DNA of 64,000 bases from Eledone cirrhosa (lineage: Eukaryota), in contig OZ024740.1 of NCBI GenBank assembly GCA_964016885.1, positions 73,532,001-73,596,000 on the forward strand, in the 5' to 3' direction. The notes beneath the pieces are model-generated. The model was given only the letters and a program-made list of their open reading frames with translations, was not told the DNA's origin and did not search any database. This document shows, in pieces, positions 1-12,600 of the stretch. The position numbers were made by a program, and so were the translations under genes. Position 1 is the first letter of the stretch. Every line of letters begins with the position of its first letter.

Positions 1-270
1 TCATATATCTTTAAACGTACAGAGCATCCTTTTAACATAGAATTTCAAAAAGATTGTCCTTTAAAAAACGGTTAAGAAAGGGGAGTAATTCATGTAAGAC
101 ATTCAAGATGTTAAAGAGTTACTAAATGTTAAGGGGTGATTATAATAAATTGTAATCGCAATAGAAGGCATCAGAGAGGGGATGTGTGAAGTAGACACTA
201 TAGAGTAGATAAACATATTATCAACTTTTAGGTTTGAAAGTTTGAAATAATTATTATACAATGATACTAA

Positions 271-787
271 TGTAACTGAAAAAATGTATAAATCTACATT
301 GATATAAATTAGTTAATTAACTAATTTAATTAACTAATTAATTAATTAATTAATTAACTTATAACGGAATACTCCTATATTTTACCGGCGAAAATTCGAA
401 ACCGAATCTGAGGTTTTTCGCCTCTGGGACCACCCATTATTGGAAGGTTTTCACCATTGTCCTGTCAAGACAACGATCATAAACGTACATACCACTTGAC
501 CTTTGACCCCAGCTTCCTGGGAGACGATATCCACATGGCTGATCATAAATCAACCTCATATACACATCCTTCTAACTATAGCATTATTATAAACACAAGG
601 ACTTTGGGAACCCGAAAGCAGTACACAGACCCGAAGCAGCAGTCATTGAGAAATAACGATGTAGGCATCAGTAGACCTTTTACCCTTTCTCTCTCCTGGC
701 CTCACTGACTCTCATCTTCTCGGACACGACTACGGCCAGACAGCCAGACCAAAGCAAGCAGCAGTCCTTGAGACGAATAACGAATAC

Positions 788-857
<70 letters not shown>

Positions 858-1104
858 AGTAGGTTTGATTATACAGTTTATTTCTGTGTTTTATCTATTC
901 TTGCGTCTTCCTGTTGAATCACTTATATTGTATCGTCGTATATATACATGCATGCACGCTAGCTCGAAGTAACCAGCCAGCAAATTAATGTAGGGATACA
1001 TTCTGTCACATATTGTTATTGTAAAATAAACATTGTCAACATCTCAATCATGGCATTATTCTTTTTATCAAACATCCATCAAAGAATAACATTTATCCGC
1101 TACA
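271..1104 (+). mobile_element. Possible solo LTR
   Basis: Ends TGTAAC...GCTACA; flanks tactaa/aactaa differ by one base; AATAAA at ~1025; internal (CA)n. No PBS or PPT seen. Confidence 0.35.
790..855. repeat. (CA)n microsatellite
   Basis: Direct reading. Confidence 0.95.
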
Positions 1105-1182
1105 AACTAATTTAATTTAAACTAATGTAAAACTATCGTAAGTGATTAAATGTTTTAAACACGCTTTGATTGTCATTTACAT

Positions 1183-1373
1183 CAGGCATGTCAAACTGAG
1201 GGTCCCCCGCATGGGTCACATATGTGTTGTCTGAGGACCACACACAACTAAGTGCGCATATAACAACAATTTTTTAAAATGTTATATTACGAAGATGAAA
1301 CTTGCTCGCGCAGTAAAAACCTTTGTGCGGACCGCAGGTGTATTTGAAAAGGGCCGCATGTTTGATATGCCTG
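1183..1373. mobile_element. hAT (Charlie-like) MITE
   Basis: TIRs CAGGCATGTCAAAC / GTTTGATATGCCTG; perfect 8-bp TSD ATTTACAT at 1175-1182 and 1374-1381. Confidence 0.9.
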
Positions 1374-1542
1374 ATTTACATTGTATTTCAGCTCTGTACT
1401 ATACTTGTTATTTTACATTGGGCTATTTTCATAATTGTAATTGGGTAATATTTATTATTACCCACATTATATATATATTTACATTTACAAATCTCAATTT
1501 AGGGGATATAAGTCAGACCAACTAAAATAATTTTGTCTAACT

Positions 1543-1861
1543 CAGGGGCGCGCAACAGGCGGCCCACGGGCCTCAATCCGGTCCGCCAGACCAGTCAGTG
1601 TGGTCCGCGATGACAGTTTTTAATTTTTACCTTGTAGGCTTATTTAGAAATTTTTTCGTAACCGTAATACAATTTTCTGTTAGTTGACCTATACTAAAGG
1701 GCTTCACTGATAGGGTTATGTGTGTTATAATTTCCCAGTTCCATGTTATGGAAAGACGTTGGGGTGAATCTTTGGAATAGTGCTTAATAAATATTAATGG
1801 CCCTAATAATTGTTCCAATGTTCAAAAGTGGCCCACCAATGGAATATGTTGCACACCCCTG
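1543..1861. mobile_element. hAT (Charlie-like) MITE
   Basis: TIRs CAGGGGCGCGCAACA / TGTTGCACACCCCTG; perfect 8-bp TSD GTCTAACT at 1535-1542 and 1862-1869. Confidence 0.9.
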
Positions 1862-2134
1862 GTCTAACTCATATAATCTTCTCCCTACCATGGTTTCTGG
1901 AACAAAGAAACAATACTGATTATTTATTGATCTGTCACCAGGGCAGATTTCTTTGGAATAAGAGGAGATATTAATCATAAAGTATACAGACCATTTTCCT
2001 CTCGAAACCACTGTTGAACTACTAAATGAACAAATCTCCCTATATATTGGGGCAATACGACATGCTTATAATGACGCTAGAAATAGCAGCAAAAAGCACA
2101 CGTCTAAATCTACTCTACAATGAAGGAGTTGTTA

Positions 2135-2334
2135 ATATTAATTAAAACGTTATTTTTCTCTAATACTTAGACATCTCAAAGATTAAAATATACAGATAAA
2201 ATATTCCCCTGAGAAGTAATTTAACATGTGAAACAATATGTTAAATTACTTCGCTGAGTGATATTTTATCTGTATATTTTATCCATTCATTGATATGTCT
2301 AAGTATCAGAAACAAGCAACTTTTTAATTAATAT
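2135..2334. repeat. Imperfect ~200-bp AT-rich palindrome
   Basis: aagtaatttaacat/atgttaaattactt, aaaatatacagataaaatat/atattttatctgtatatttt and atacttagacat/atgtctaagtat pair around a centre at ~2231. Confidence 0.85.
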
Positions 2335-2429
2335 ATTAGTACCACGCGTTCGGCTGTATCCCTGTATCAAGAAAAGAAAATCTTTTACGAGGAAGTTGTA
2401 GGATTTTAAAAAATTTAACGAGTTTTTTT

Positions 2430-5400
2430 TTTGGGGGGGGGGGGGTCCGTTTTTTATTGGGTGGGGGTCCGTTTTTTATTTGGCGGGGGGGTCCGTTTTT
2501 TATTTGGCGGGGGGGTCCGTTTTTTATTTAGAGACCGTTTTTTTATTTTGGGGAGGGGTCGGGGGTCCGTTTTTTATAGGGTGGAGGGGTTGGGGGTTCG
2601 TTTTTTAGGGGGGGGGGGGGTCTGTTTTTTATTTGGAGTCCGTTTTTATGGGGGAGGACTGTTGGTTCCGTTTTTTATGGAGGGGCACGTTTTTTATTGG
2701 GGGCGTCCGTTTTTTAATTATAGTCCGTTTTTTATGGAGGGGAGGGGCGGCGTTCCGTTTTTTACTTGGGGTGTCCGTTTTTTTATTTGGAGACCGTTTT
2801 TTATTTGGGGGAGGGGTGAGGATCCTGTTTCTTTATGGGGGTGGGGGCGTTTTTTCTTTGGTGGTCCGTTTTTTATTTGGAGTCCGTTTTTTATGGGGGG
2901 GTCCGTTTTTTATTGGGGGGGGTCCGTTTTTTATTGGGGGGATCGGTTTTTTTATTTGGAGACCGTTCTTTATTTGAGGGAGAGGTGGCGGGTCCGTTTT
3001 TTATAGGGGGTGCCGTTTTTTATTTGGCGTGTCCGTTTATTTATTTGGGGGGTGGGGGCTGGTTTTTATTGGGGGGGGATCCGTTTTTCATTTGGAGACC
3101 GTTTTTTATTGGGGTGATCCATTTTTTATTTGGACACCGTTTTTTATTTGGGGGAGGGGTGAGGGGTCCGTTTTTTTATTTAGAGACCGTTTTTTATTTG
3201 AGGGAGGGATGGGGTCCGTTTTTTAATTTCAGTCCGTTTTTTATGGGGGGAGGGGCGGGCTCCGTTTTTTACGGGTGGTCCGTTTTTTATTTGAGGGGGT
3301 CCCGTTATTTATGGGGGGAGGGCGTTTTTATTTAGGGGGTCCGTTTTTTATTTGGAGACCGTTTTTTATTTGGGGGAGGGGTGGTTCGTCCGTTTTTTAT
3401 TTGGGGGGTCCGTTTTTATTTGGGGGGGGTGACCGTTTTTTATGGGGCGTCCGTTTTTTATTTGGGGGGGTCCGTTTTTTATTTGGGAGGACCGATTTTT
3501 ATTAGGGGGGTCCGTTTCTTATTTGGGGTGTCCATTTTTTTTTTTTTTTATTGGGGGGGGGTCCGTTTTTTATTTGGAGACCGTTTTTTATTTGAGGTGA
3601 TCCGTTTTTTTATTGCGGAGGGGGGCGTTTTTATTGGGGGGGGGGGGGGGTCCGTTTTATATTGAGTCCGATTTTTATGGGGGCGTCTGTTTTTTTTATT
3701 TTGGGGAGGGGTGGGGTCCGTTTTTTATTGGGTGTGGTCCGTTTTTTATTTGGAGGGTCCGTTTTTTATCTGGAGTCCGTTTTTTATGGGGAGGGTCCGT
3801 TTTTTTATTTTTGGGGAGGGGAAGAGTGTCCATTTTTTATTGGGGGGGTGTCTGTTTTTTATTTGGAGACTGTTTTTTATTTGGGGGGAGGTGTGAGGGT
3901 GTCCGTTTTTTATGGCGTAGGCCCGTTTTTTATTTGGAGACCGTTTTTTGTTTGGGGGAGGGGTGGGGCGGTCCGTTTTTTATTTAGAGACCGTTTTTTA
4001 TTTTGGGGAGGGGTCGGGAGTCCGTTTTTATGGGGTGGTGGGGTTGGGGCTCCGTTTTGTATTTGGAGTCCGTTTTTTATGGGGGGCACGTTTATTTGGG
4101 GGGGGGGGCCTTTTTTATAGGGGATGCCGTTTTTTTATTGGAGGGGTGTCCGATTTTTATTTAGTGGGGGTCCGTTTTTTATTTGGAGACCGTTTTTTAT
4201 TGGGGAGAGGGTTCGTTTTTTATTTGGAGACCGTTTTTTATTTGGGGGGAAGAGTGGGGGTCTGTTTTTTAATTATAGTCCTTTTTTTATGGAGTTGAAG
4301 GCCGGGGTTCCGTTTTTTACGGGGGATCCGTTTTTTTTATTTGGAGACCGTTTTTTATTTGGGGGAGGGGTGCGGGGTCCGTTTTTTATTGGGGAGAGGG
4401 TTCGTTTTTTATTTGGAGACCGTTTTTTATTTGGGGGAAGGGGTGGGGGCCCGTTTTTTTATTGGAGTCCGTTTTTTATAGGAGAGGGGTGGTGGGTCCG
4501 TTATTATATGGGGGGCACGTTTTTTATTGAGGGGTTGTTTTTTATTTGGAGACCGTTTTTTATTTGGGGGGAGTCCGTCTTTTTATCTGGAGACCGTTTT
4601 TTATTTGGGGGAGGGGTGAGGGGTTCGTTTTTTATGGTTCGTTTTTTATGGTGGGGGTCCGTTTATTATTGGGGGTGTTCGTATTTTATTTGGAGACCGT
4701 TTTTTATGGGGGGGGGGCTTTTTTTATTTAGGGAGGATCCGTTTTTTATTGGGGCTGCCGTTTTTTATTTGGAAACCGTTTTTTATTTGGGGGAGGGGTG
4801 GGGGTCCGTTTTTTATTTAGCGACCATTTTCATTTGGGAGAGGGGCAAGGGTCGGTTTTTTATTTGGGGGGAGGGGTGGGGGCCGTTTTTTATTGGTTGG
4901 GGGGTCGTTTTTTATTTGGAGATCGTTTTTTATTTGGGGGAAGGGATGGGGGCTCCGTTTTTTTTATTTGGAGACCGTTTTTTATTTGGGGAGAGGGGTG
5001 GGGGTCCGTTTTTTATGGTGGGGTCCGTTTTTTATTTGGAGACCGTTTTCTATTGGGGGAGAGGGGTGGGGGTCCGTTTTTTATGGTGGGGTCCGTTTTT
5101 TATTTGGAGACCGTTTTCTATTGGGGGAGGGGGTGAGGGTCCGTTTTTCATGGGGGTGGGGCGTTTTTTATTTGAGGATTCGTTTTTTATTTGGAGTCCT
5201 TTTTTTATGGGGGTCCGTTTTTTTATTGGGGAGGGGGGTCCGGTTTTTATTGGGGGGTTCCTTTTTTTTATTTGGAGACCGTTTTTAATTTGGGGGAGGG
5301 GTGGCGGGTCCGTTTTATATGGGGGGAGTCCGTTTTTTATAGGGGGTGGCGTTTTTTATTTGGCGTGTTCGTTCTTTTATTTGGGGGAGGATCCCATTTT

Positions 5401-7650
5401 TTACTGGGGGGTCCGTTTTTCATTTGGGGAGGGCCGTTTTTTTTCTTTCCGTTTCTTATTGGGGAGTCCGTTTTTCATTTGGAGACCGTTTTTTATTTGG
5501 TTGGGTCCGTTTTTATTTAGAGACCGTTTTTTATTTGGGAGAGGGGTGGGGGGCCGTTTTTTAATTATAGGCCGTTTTTTATGGGGGAGGGACGGGGGTC
5601 CGTTTTTTACGGGTGGTCTATTTTTTATTGGAGGGGTCCGTTTTTTATTTGGAGACAATTTTTTATTTTGGGGAGGGGTGTGGGGTTCCGTTTCTTATGG
5701 GAGGCCGTTTTTATTGGGAGGGCTGTTTTTTATTTGGAGTCCGTTTTTTGTGGGGAGGATCCGTTTTTTATTTGGGGTGGTGCGTTTTTTATTGGCTGGG
5801 GTCCGTTTTTATTGGGGGGATCCTTTTATATTTGGAGTCCGATTTTTATGGGGGGGGGTTATTTTGGGTAGGGGTGGGGGGTCCGTTTTTTATTGGGTGG
5901 GGTCTGTTTTTTATTTGGAGACCGTGTTTTATTTCGGAGGGGTGGGGGTCCGTTTTTTATCTGGAGTCCGTTTTATATGGGGAGGGTCCGTTTTTTATGG
6001 TGACCGTATTTTATTGGGGAGGGTCCGTTTTTTATTTGGAAAGCGTTTTTTGTTTGGGGGAGGGGTGGGCGGTCCGTTTTTTTATTGGAATGTCCGTTAT
6101 TTATTTGGCGTGTCGGGATTTTATTGGGGGGGAGTCCTTTTTTTATGGGGGTCCATTTTTTATTGGGGCGGTCCGGTTTTTTGGGGGGTAGGTCCTTTTT
6201 TTTATTTGGAGACCGTTTTTTTATTTGGGGGAGGGGTGGCGGGTCCGTTTTATATGGAAGGTCCGTTCTTTCATTTGGGGGGAGGCCGTTTTTTATAGGG
6301 GGTGCCGTTTTTTATTTGGCGTGTCCGTTTTTTATTTGGTGTGGGGGGGGGTCCGATTTTTTATAGAGGGGGTCCGTTTTTCATTTGTGGGGGGTCCGTT
6401 TTTTTTTATTTTCCGTTTTTTATTTGGGGTGTGTGGTGGGGGTTCCGTTTTTTATTGGGGTAGGTCCGTTTTTTATTTGGAGACCGTTTTTTCTTTGGAG
6501 GAGGGTGGGTTGCTCCCTTTTTTATTTGGGTGGGAGGGGTGGGTGTCCGATTTTTATTTGGGGGGTCCGGTTTTTTTATGGGGGTGGGTTTATGGGAAGG
6601 GTCCGTTTTTTATTTGGGGGGAGGGGTGGGGGTCCGTTTTTTAATTATAGTTCGTTCTTTATGGAGGGGAGTGGCGGGGTTCCGTTTTTTACTGGGGGGT
6701 CCGTTTTTTTATTTGGAGACCGCTTTTTATTTGGGGGGAGGTGTGGGAGGTCCGTTTCTATAGGAGGGGGGTTATTGGGGGGGGGGGCGTTTTTATTGGG
6801 GTGGTCCGTTTTCAATGGGGGGGGCGTTTTTATTTGAGGCGTCTGTTTTTTATTGTGGTGGTCCGTTTATTATTTAGAGACCGGTTTTTATTTGGGGGAG
6901 GGTTGGGGTCCGTTTTTTATGGAAGGGACGTTTGAGGGGGGTCTTTTTTATGAGGGGCTCTGTTTTTTATTTGGCGTGTCCGTTTTTTATTTGGGGGGTC
7001 CGATTTTTATTGGGGGGTCCGCTTTTCATTTGGGGCGGGGGCGGTCCGTTTTCTTTTTATTTTCCGTTTTTTATTTTCCGTTTTTCATTTGTAGACCGTT
7101 TTTTATTTGGAGGGGGTCCGTTATTTATTTGGAGTACATTTTATATGGGGGGGGGGGGTCTGTTGTTTTATTTCGGGGGGTATTTTGGGGGTGGGGGTGC
7201 GTTCTTTGTTTGCAGACCGTTTTTTATTTGGGGGAGATGGTGGGGGTCCGTTTATTTTGGGGAGGGGGGTGTTTTTTATTGGGAGGACCGTTATTTATCG
7301 GGGGAGGGTTCCGTTTTTTATTTGGAGTCCGTTTTTTTATGGGGGAGGGGTGGTGGTTCCGTTTTTTATGGGGGGCGCACGATATTTATTTGGGTGGTCC
7401 GTTTTTTATTTAGGAGGTCCGTTTTTTATTGGGGGTGGGTCCGTTTTTTACTTGGAAACCGTTTTTTATTTGGGGGGAGGTGTGGGGGTCCGTTTTTTAT
7501 GAGGGGCGCGTTTTTTGTTTGGGGGATGGGTAGGGTTTCCGTTTTATATTTGGCGGGTGGTCCGTTTTTTATTTAGAGACCGATTTTTATTTTGGGGAGG
7601 CGTGGAGGGTTCGTTTTTTATTTGGAGTCCGTTTTTTATGGTGTGAAAGG
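2430..7650. repeat. G/T-skewed degenerate minisatellite with core CCGTTTTTTATT
   Basis: Many variants of ggggtccgttttttattt and ggagaccgttttttattt (~18-30 bp) separated by G-runs. ORFs in all three plus frames arise from lack of stops. Confidence 0.95.
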
Positions 7651-7657
7651 GTCGGGC

Positions 7658-9634
7658 GTCATTTTCGACAGGTTTCCATGTCATAATGATTGATAATATG
7701 TGCATAAAATAGTAAATTGGGAGCACATTTAATGTCAGATTGGGTAGTAAGCACACACAAAAAAAAGGAAACGGGAAGAAAATTTTTCACACCAAGATCA
7801 ATAGCTTGGTGTGATGTAATATGGTGTAACTTGCTATGGTGTGGTTTGGTTTGGTTTAGTTTGGTCTGGTTTGGTGAAGTTATGAATTGGAAACCAATTG
7901 GAAACGATAGGTTCCCATGTCATATTCATTGATAATGTGTGGGAAAATAGTCATTTACAAGCACCTTTGATGTTAGTTTGGGTGGTAACCACAAAAAAAG
8001 CAGGTAGCAAATTTGTGACATTGATATCCTTACCATGGTGTGATGTAAATGGTAGGAGTAGGTGTTCTGTAATAAATTTACCATAATATGGTGAAGTATG
8101 GTGTAGTTTGATATGGTGTGGTTTGGGGTAGATTAATGTGGTGTGGTGTGCTTTGTTTTAAGTAAGGATTTAAATTTCTACTTTGATTTATGTTAGAAAA
8201 AGAATTTCCTTCATTTTTGCATGTGCTATCAACTAATACAACTTCCAAGATGCTTGCAGTGGACTATGCATTTAGCATATTAACAAAATATATGACTTGC
8301 GCTGCAATAAAAAATGACTAGCCTTGTAAATGTTATTTCCACCCACATCCTCCCTCTTTTTTCTACAAAGATAGTCATTTTCGACAGGTTTCCATGTCAT
8401 AATGATTGATAATATGTGCAAAAATAGTAAATTGGGAGCACCTTTAATGTCAGATTGGATGGTAAGAACACACACAAAAAAGAAAAAAAGGAAAGGGGAA
8501 AAAAATTTTTCACACCAAGATCAATAACTTGGTGTGATGTAGTATGGTGTAACTTGGTATGGTGTGGTTTGGTTTGGTGAAGTTATGAATTGGAAACCAA
8601 TTGTAAACGATAGGTTCCCATGTCATATTCATTGATAATGTGTGGGAAAATAGTCATTTACAAGCACCTTTGATGTTAGTTTGGGTGGTAACCACACAAA
8701 AAAAAAGCAGGTAGCAAATTTGTGACATTGATGTCCATACCATGCTGTGATGTAAATGGTAGGAGTAGGTGTTCTGTAATAAATTTACCATAATATGGTG
8801 AAGTATGGTGTTGTTTGATATGGTGTGGATTGGGGTAGATTAATGTGGTGTGGTGTGCTTTTTTATAAGTAAGAATTTAAATTTCCACTTTGATTTATGT
8901 TAGAAAAAAATTTTTCCTTCCTTTTTGCATGTGCTATCAACTAATACAACTTCCAAGATGCGTGCAGTAGACTATGCTTTTAGCATATTAACAAAATATA
9001 TGACTTGCGCTGCAATAAAAAATGACTAGCCTTGTAAATGTTATTTCCACCCACATCCTCCCTCTTTTTTCTACAAAGATAGTCATTTTCGACAGGTTTC
9101 CATGTCATAATGATTGATAATATGTGCAAAAAATAGTAAATTGGGTGCACCTTTAATGTTTCATTGGATGGTAAGCACACACACATAAAAAAGGAAACGG
9201 GAAGAAAATTTTTCACATCAAGATCAATAGCTTGGTGTGATATAGTATGGTGTAACTTGGTATGGTGTGGTTTGGTTTGGTTTGGTTTGGTGAAGTTATG
9301 AAATGGTATTTCCACCCACATCCTCCTCTCTTTTTTCTACAAAACTAGTCATTTTCGTCAGGTTTCCATGTCATAACCATTGATAATATATGCAAACAAT
9401 AGTAATTTGCGAGCACCATTTATGTCAAATTGGGTGGTAAGCACAAACATTTAAAAAAAGGCCAGAAGAAAATTTTTCACACCAAGATCAATAGCTTGGT
9501 GTGATGTAGTATGGTGTGGTTTGGTGAAGTTTGTACAAAGATAGTCATTTTCGACAGGTTTCTATGTCATAATTTATTGATATGTGAAAAAAAATAGTAA
9601 ATTGGGAGCACCTTTAATGTCAGATTGGGTGGTA

Positions 9635-9677
<43 letters not shown>

Positions 9678-12600
9678 AAACAGGAAGAAAAATTTTCACA
9701 CCGAGATCAATAGCTTGGTGTGATGTAGTATGGTGTAACTTGGTATGGTGTGGTTTGGTTTGGTTTGGTGAAGTTATGAATTGGAAACCAATTGTAAATG
9801 ATAGGTTCCCATGTCATATTCATTGATAATGTGTGGGAAAATGGTCATTTGCAAGCACCTTTGATGTTAGTTTGGGTGGTAACCACAAAAAAGAAAAAAG
9901 CAGGTAGAAAATTTGTGACATTGATGTCCATATCATGGTGTGATGTAAATGGTAGGAGTAGGTGTTCTGTAATAAATTTACCATAATATGGTGAAGTATG
10001 GTGTAGTTTGATATGGTGTGGATTGGGGTAGATTAATGTGGTGTGCTGTGCTTTGTTATAAGTAAGGATTTAAATTTCCACTTTGATTTATGTTAGAAAT
10101 AAAATTTTCCTTCATTTTTGCATGTGCTATCAACTAATACAACTTCCAAGATGCTTGCAGTGGACTATGCTTTTAGCATATTAACAAAAAATATGATTTC
10201 CGCTGCAATAAAAAATGACTAGCTTTGTAAATGGTATTTCCACCCACATCCTCCCTATTTTTTCTACAAAGATAGTCATTTTCGACAGGTTTCCATGTCA
10301 TAATGATTGATAATATGTGCAAAAATAGTAAATTGGGAGCACCTTTAATGTCAGATTGGATGGTAAGCACACACACAAAAAAGAAAAAAGGAAAGGGGAA
10401 AAAAATTTTTCACACCAAGATCAATAACTTGGTGTGATGTAGTATGGTGTAACTTGGTATGGTGTGGTTTGGTTTGGTGAAGTTATGAATTGGAAACCAA
10501 TTGTAAACGATAGGTTCCCATGTCATATTCATTGATAATGTGTGGGAAAATAGTCATTTACAAGCACCTTTGATGTTAGTTTGGGTGGTAACCACACAAA
10601 AAAAAAGCAGGTAGCAAATTTGTGACATTGATGTCCATACCATGCTGTGATGTAAATGGTAGGAGTAGGTGTTCTGTAATAAATTTACCATAATATGGTG
10701 AAGTATGGTGTAGTTTGATATGGTGTGGATTGGGGTAGATTAATGTGGTGTGGTGTGCTTTTTTATAAGTAAGAATTTAAATTTCCACTTTGATTTATGT
10801 TAGAAAAAAAAATTTTCCTTAATTTTTGCATGTTGTATCAACTTCCAATATGCTCGCAGTTGACTATGCTTTTAGCATATTAACAAAAAATATGACTTCC
10901 GCTGCAATAAAAAATGACTAGCTTTGTAAATGGTATTTCCACCCACATCCTCCCCTCTTTTTTCTACAAAACTAGTCATTTTCGTCAAGTTTCCATGTCC
11001 TAACCATTGATAATAGGTGCAAAAAATTTGCGAGCACCATTTATGTCAAATTGGGTGGTAAGCACAAAAATTTAAAAAAAGGCCTGAAGAAAATTTGTCA
11101 CACCAAGATCAATAGCTTGGTGTGATGTAGTATGGTGTGGTTTTGTGAAGTTTCTACAAAAATAGTCATTTTCGACAGGTTTCTATGTCATAATTTATTG
11201 ATATGTGAAAAAAAATAGTAAATTGGGAGCACCTTTGATGTCAGATTGGGTGGCAAGCACACACACACACAAAAAAAAAAAGGAAACAGGAAGAAAAATT
11301 TTCACACCGAGATCAATAGCTTGGTGTGATGTAGTATGGTGTAATTTGGTATGGTGTGGTGTGCTTTGGTTTGATGAAGTTATGAAATGGAAACCAATTG
11401 TAAACGATAGATTCCCATGTCATATTCATTGATAATGTGTAGGAATATAGTCATTTGCAAGTACCTTTGATGTAAGTTTGGGTGGTAACCACAAAAAAAA
11501 AAGCAGGTAGCAAATTTGTCACATTGATGTCTATACCATGGTGTGATGCAAATGGTAGGAGTAGATGTTCTGTAATAAATTTACCATATGGTGAAGTATG
11601 GTGTAGTTTGATATGGTGTGGTTTGGGGTAGATTAATGTGGTGTGGTGTGCTTTGTTTTAAGTAAGAATTTAAATTTCCACTTCGATTTATGTTAGAAAA
11701 AAAATTTTCCTTCCTTTTTGCATGTGCTATCAACTAATACAACTTCCAAGATGCTTGCAGTAGACTATGCTTTTAGCATATTAACAAAATATATGACTTG
11801 CGCTGCAATAAAAAATGACTAGCCTTGTAAATGTTATTTCCACCCACATCCTCCCTCTTTTTTCTACAAAGATAGTCATTTTCGACAGGTTTCCATGTCA
11901 TAATGATTGATAATATGTGCAAAAAATAGTAAATTGGGCGCACCTTTAATGTTTCATTGGATGGTAAGCACACACACAAAAAAAAGGAAACGGGAAGAAA
12001 ATTTTTCACATCAAGATCAATAGCTTGGTGTGATATAGTATGGTGTAACTTGGTATGGTGTGGTTTGGTTTGGTTTGGTTTGGTGAAGTTATGAAATGGT
12101 ATTTCCACCCACATCCTCCTCTCTTTTTTCTACAAAACTAGTCATTTTCGTCAGGTTTCCATGTCATAACCATTGATAATATATGCAAACAATAGTAATT
12201 TGCGAGCACCATTTATGTCAAATTGGGTGGTAAGCACAAACATTTAAAAAAAGGCCAGAAGAAAATTTTTCACACCAAGATCAATAGCTTGGTGTGATGT
12301 AGTATGGTGTGGTTTGGTGAAGTTTGTACAAAGATAGTCATTTTCGACAGGTTTCTATGTCATAATTTATTGATATGTGAAAAAAAATAGTAAATTGGGA
12401 GCACCTTTAATGTCAGATTGGGTGGTAAGCACACACACACACACACACAAAAGGAAACAGGAAGAAAAATTTTCACACCGAGATCAATAGCTTGGTGTGA
12501 TGTAGTATGGCGTAACTTGGTATGGTGTGGTTTGGTTTGGTTTGGTGAAGTTATGAATTGGAAACCAATTGTAAATGATAGGTTCCCATGTCATATTCAT

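Noticed and set aside
1990-2125. Possible GIY-YIG remnant (LYIGAIR)
   Set aside because: A single short motif with no supporting conserved residues.
4124-6298. 724-aa G/F/R-rich ORF and overlapping ORFs at 2.4-7.6 kb
   Set aside because: All three frames are open because the G/T-rich repeat rarely forms stops; no domain signal.
9320-9370. CTGACGA...GAAA on the minus strand of satellite subunits as a hammerhead
   Set aside because: No convincing stems I and III or UH site; most paralogous subunits read CTGTCGA.
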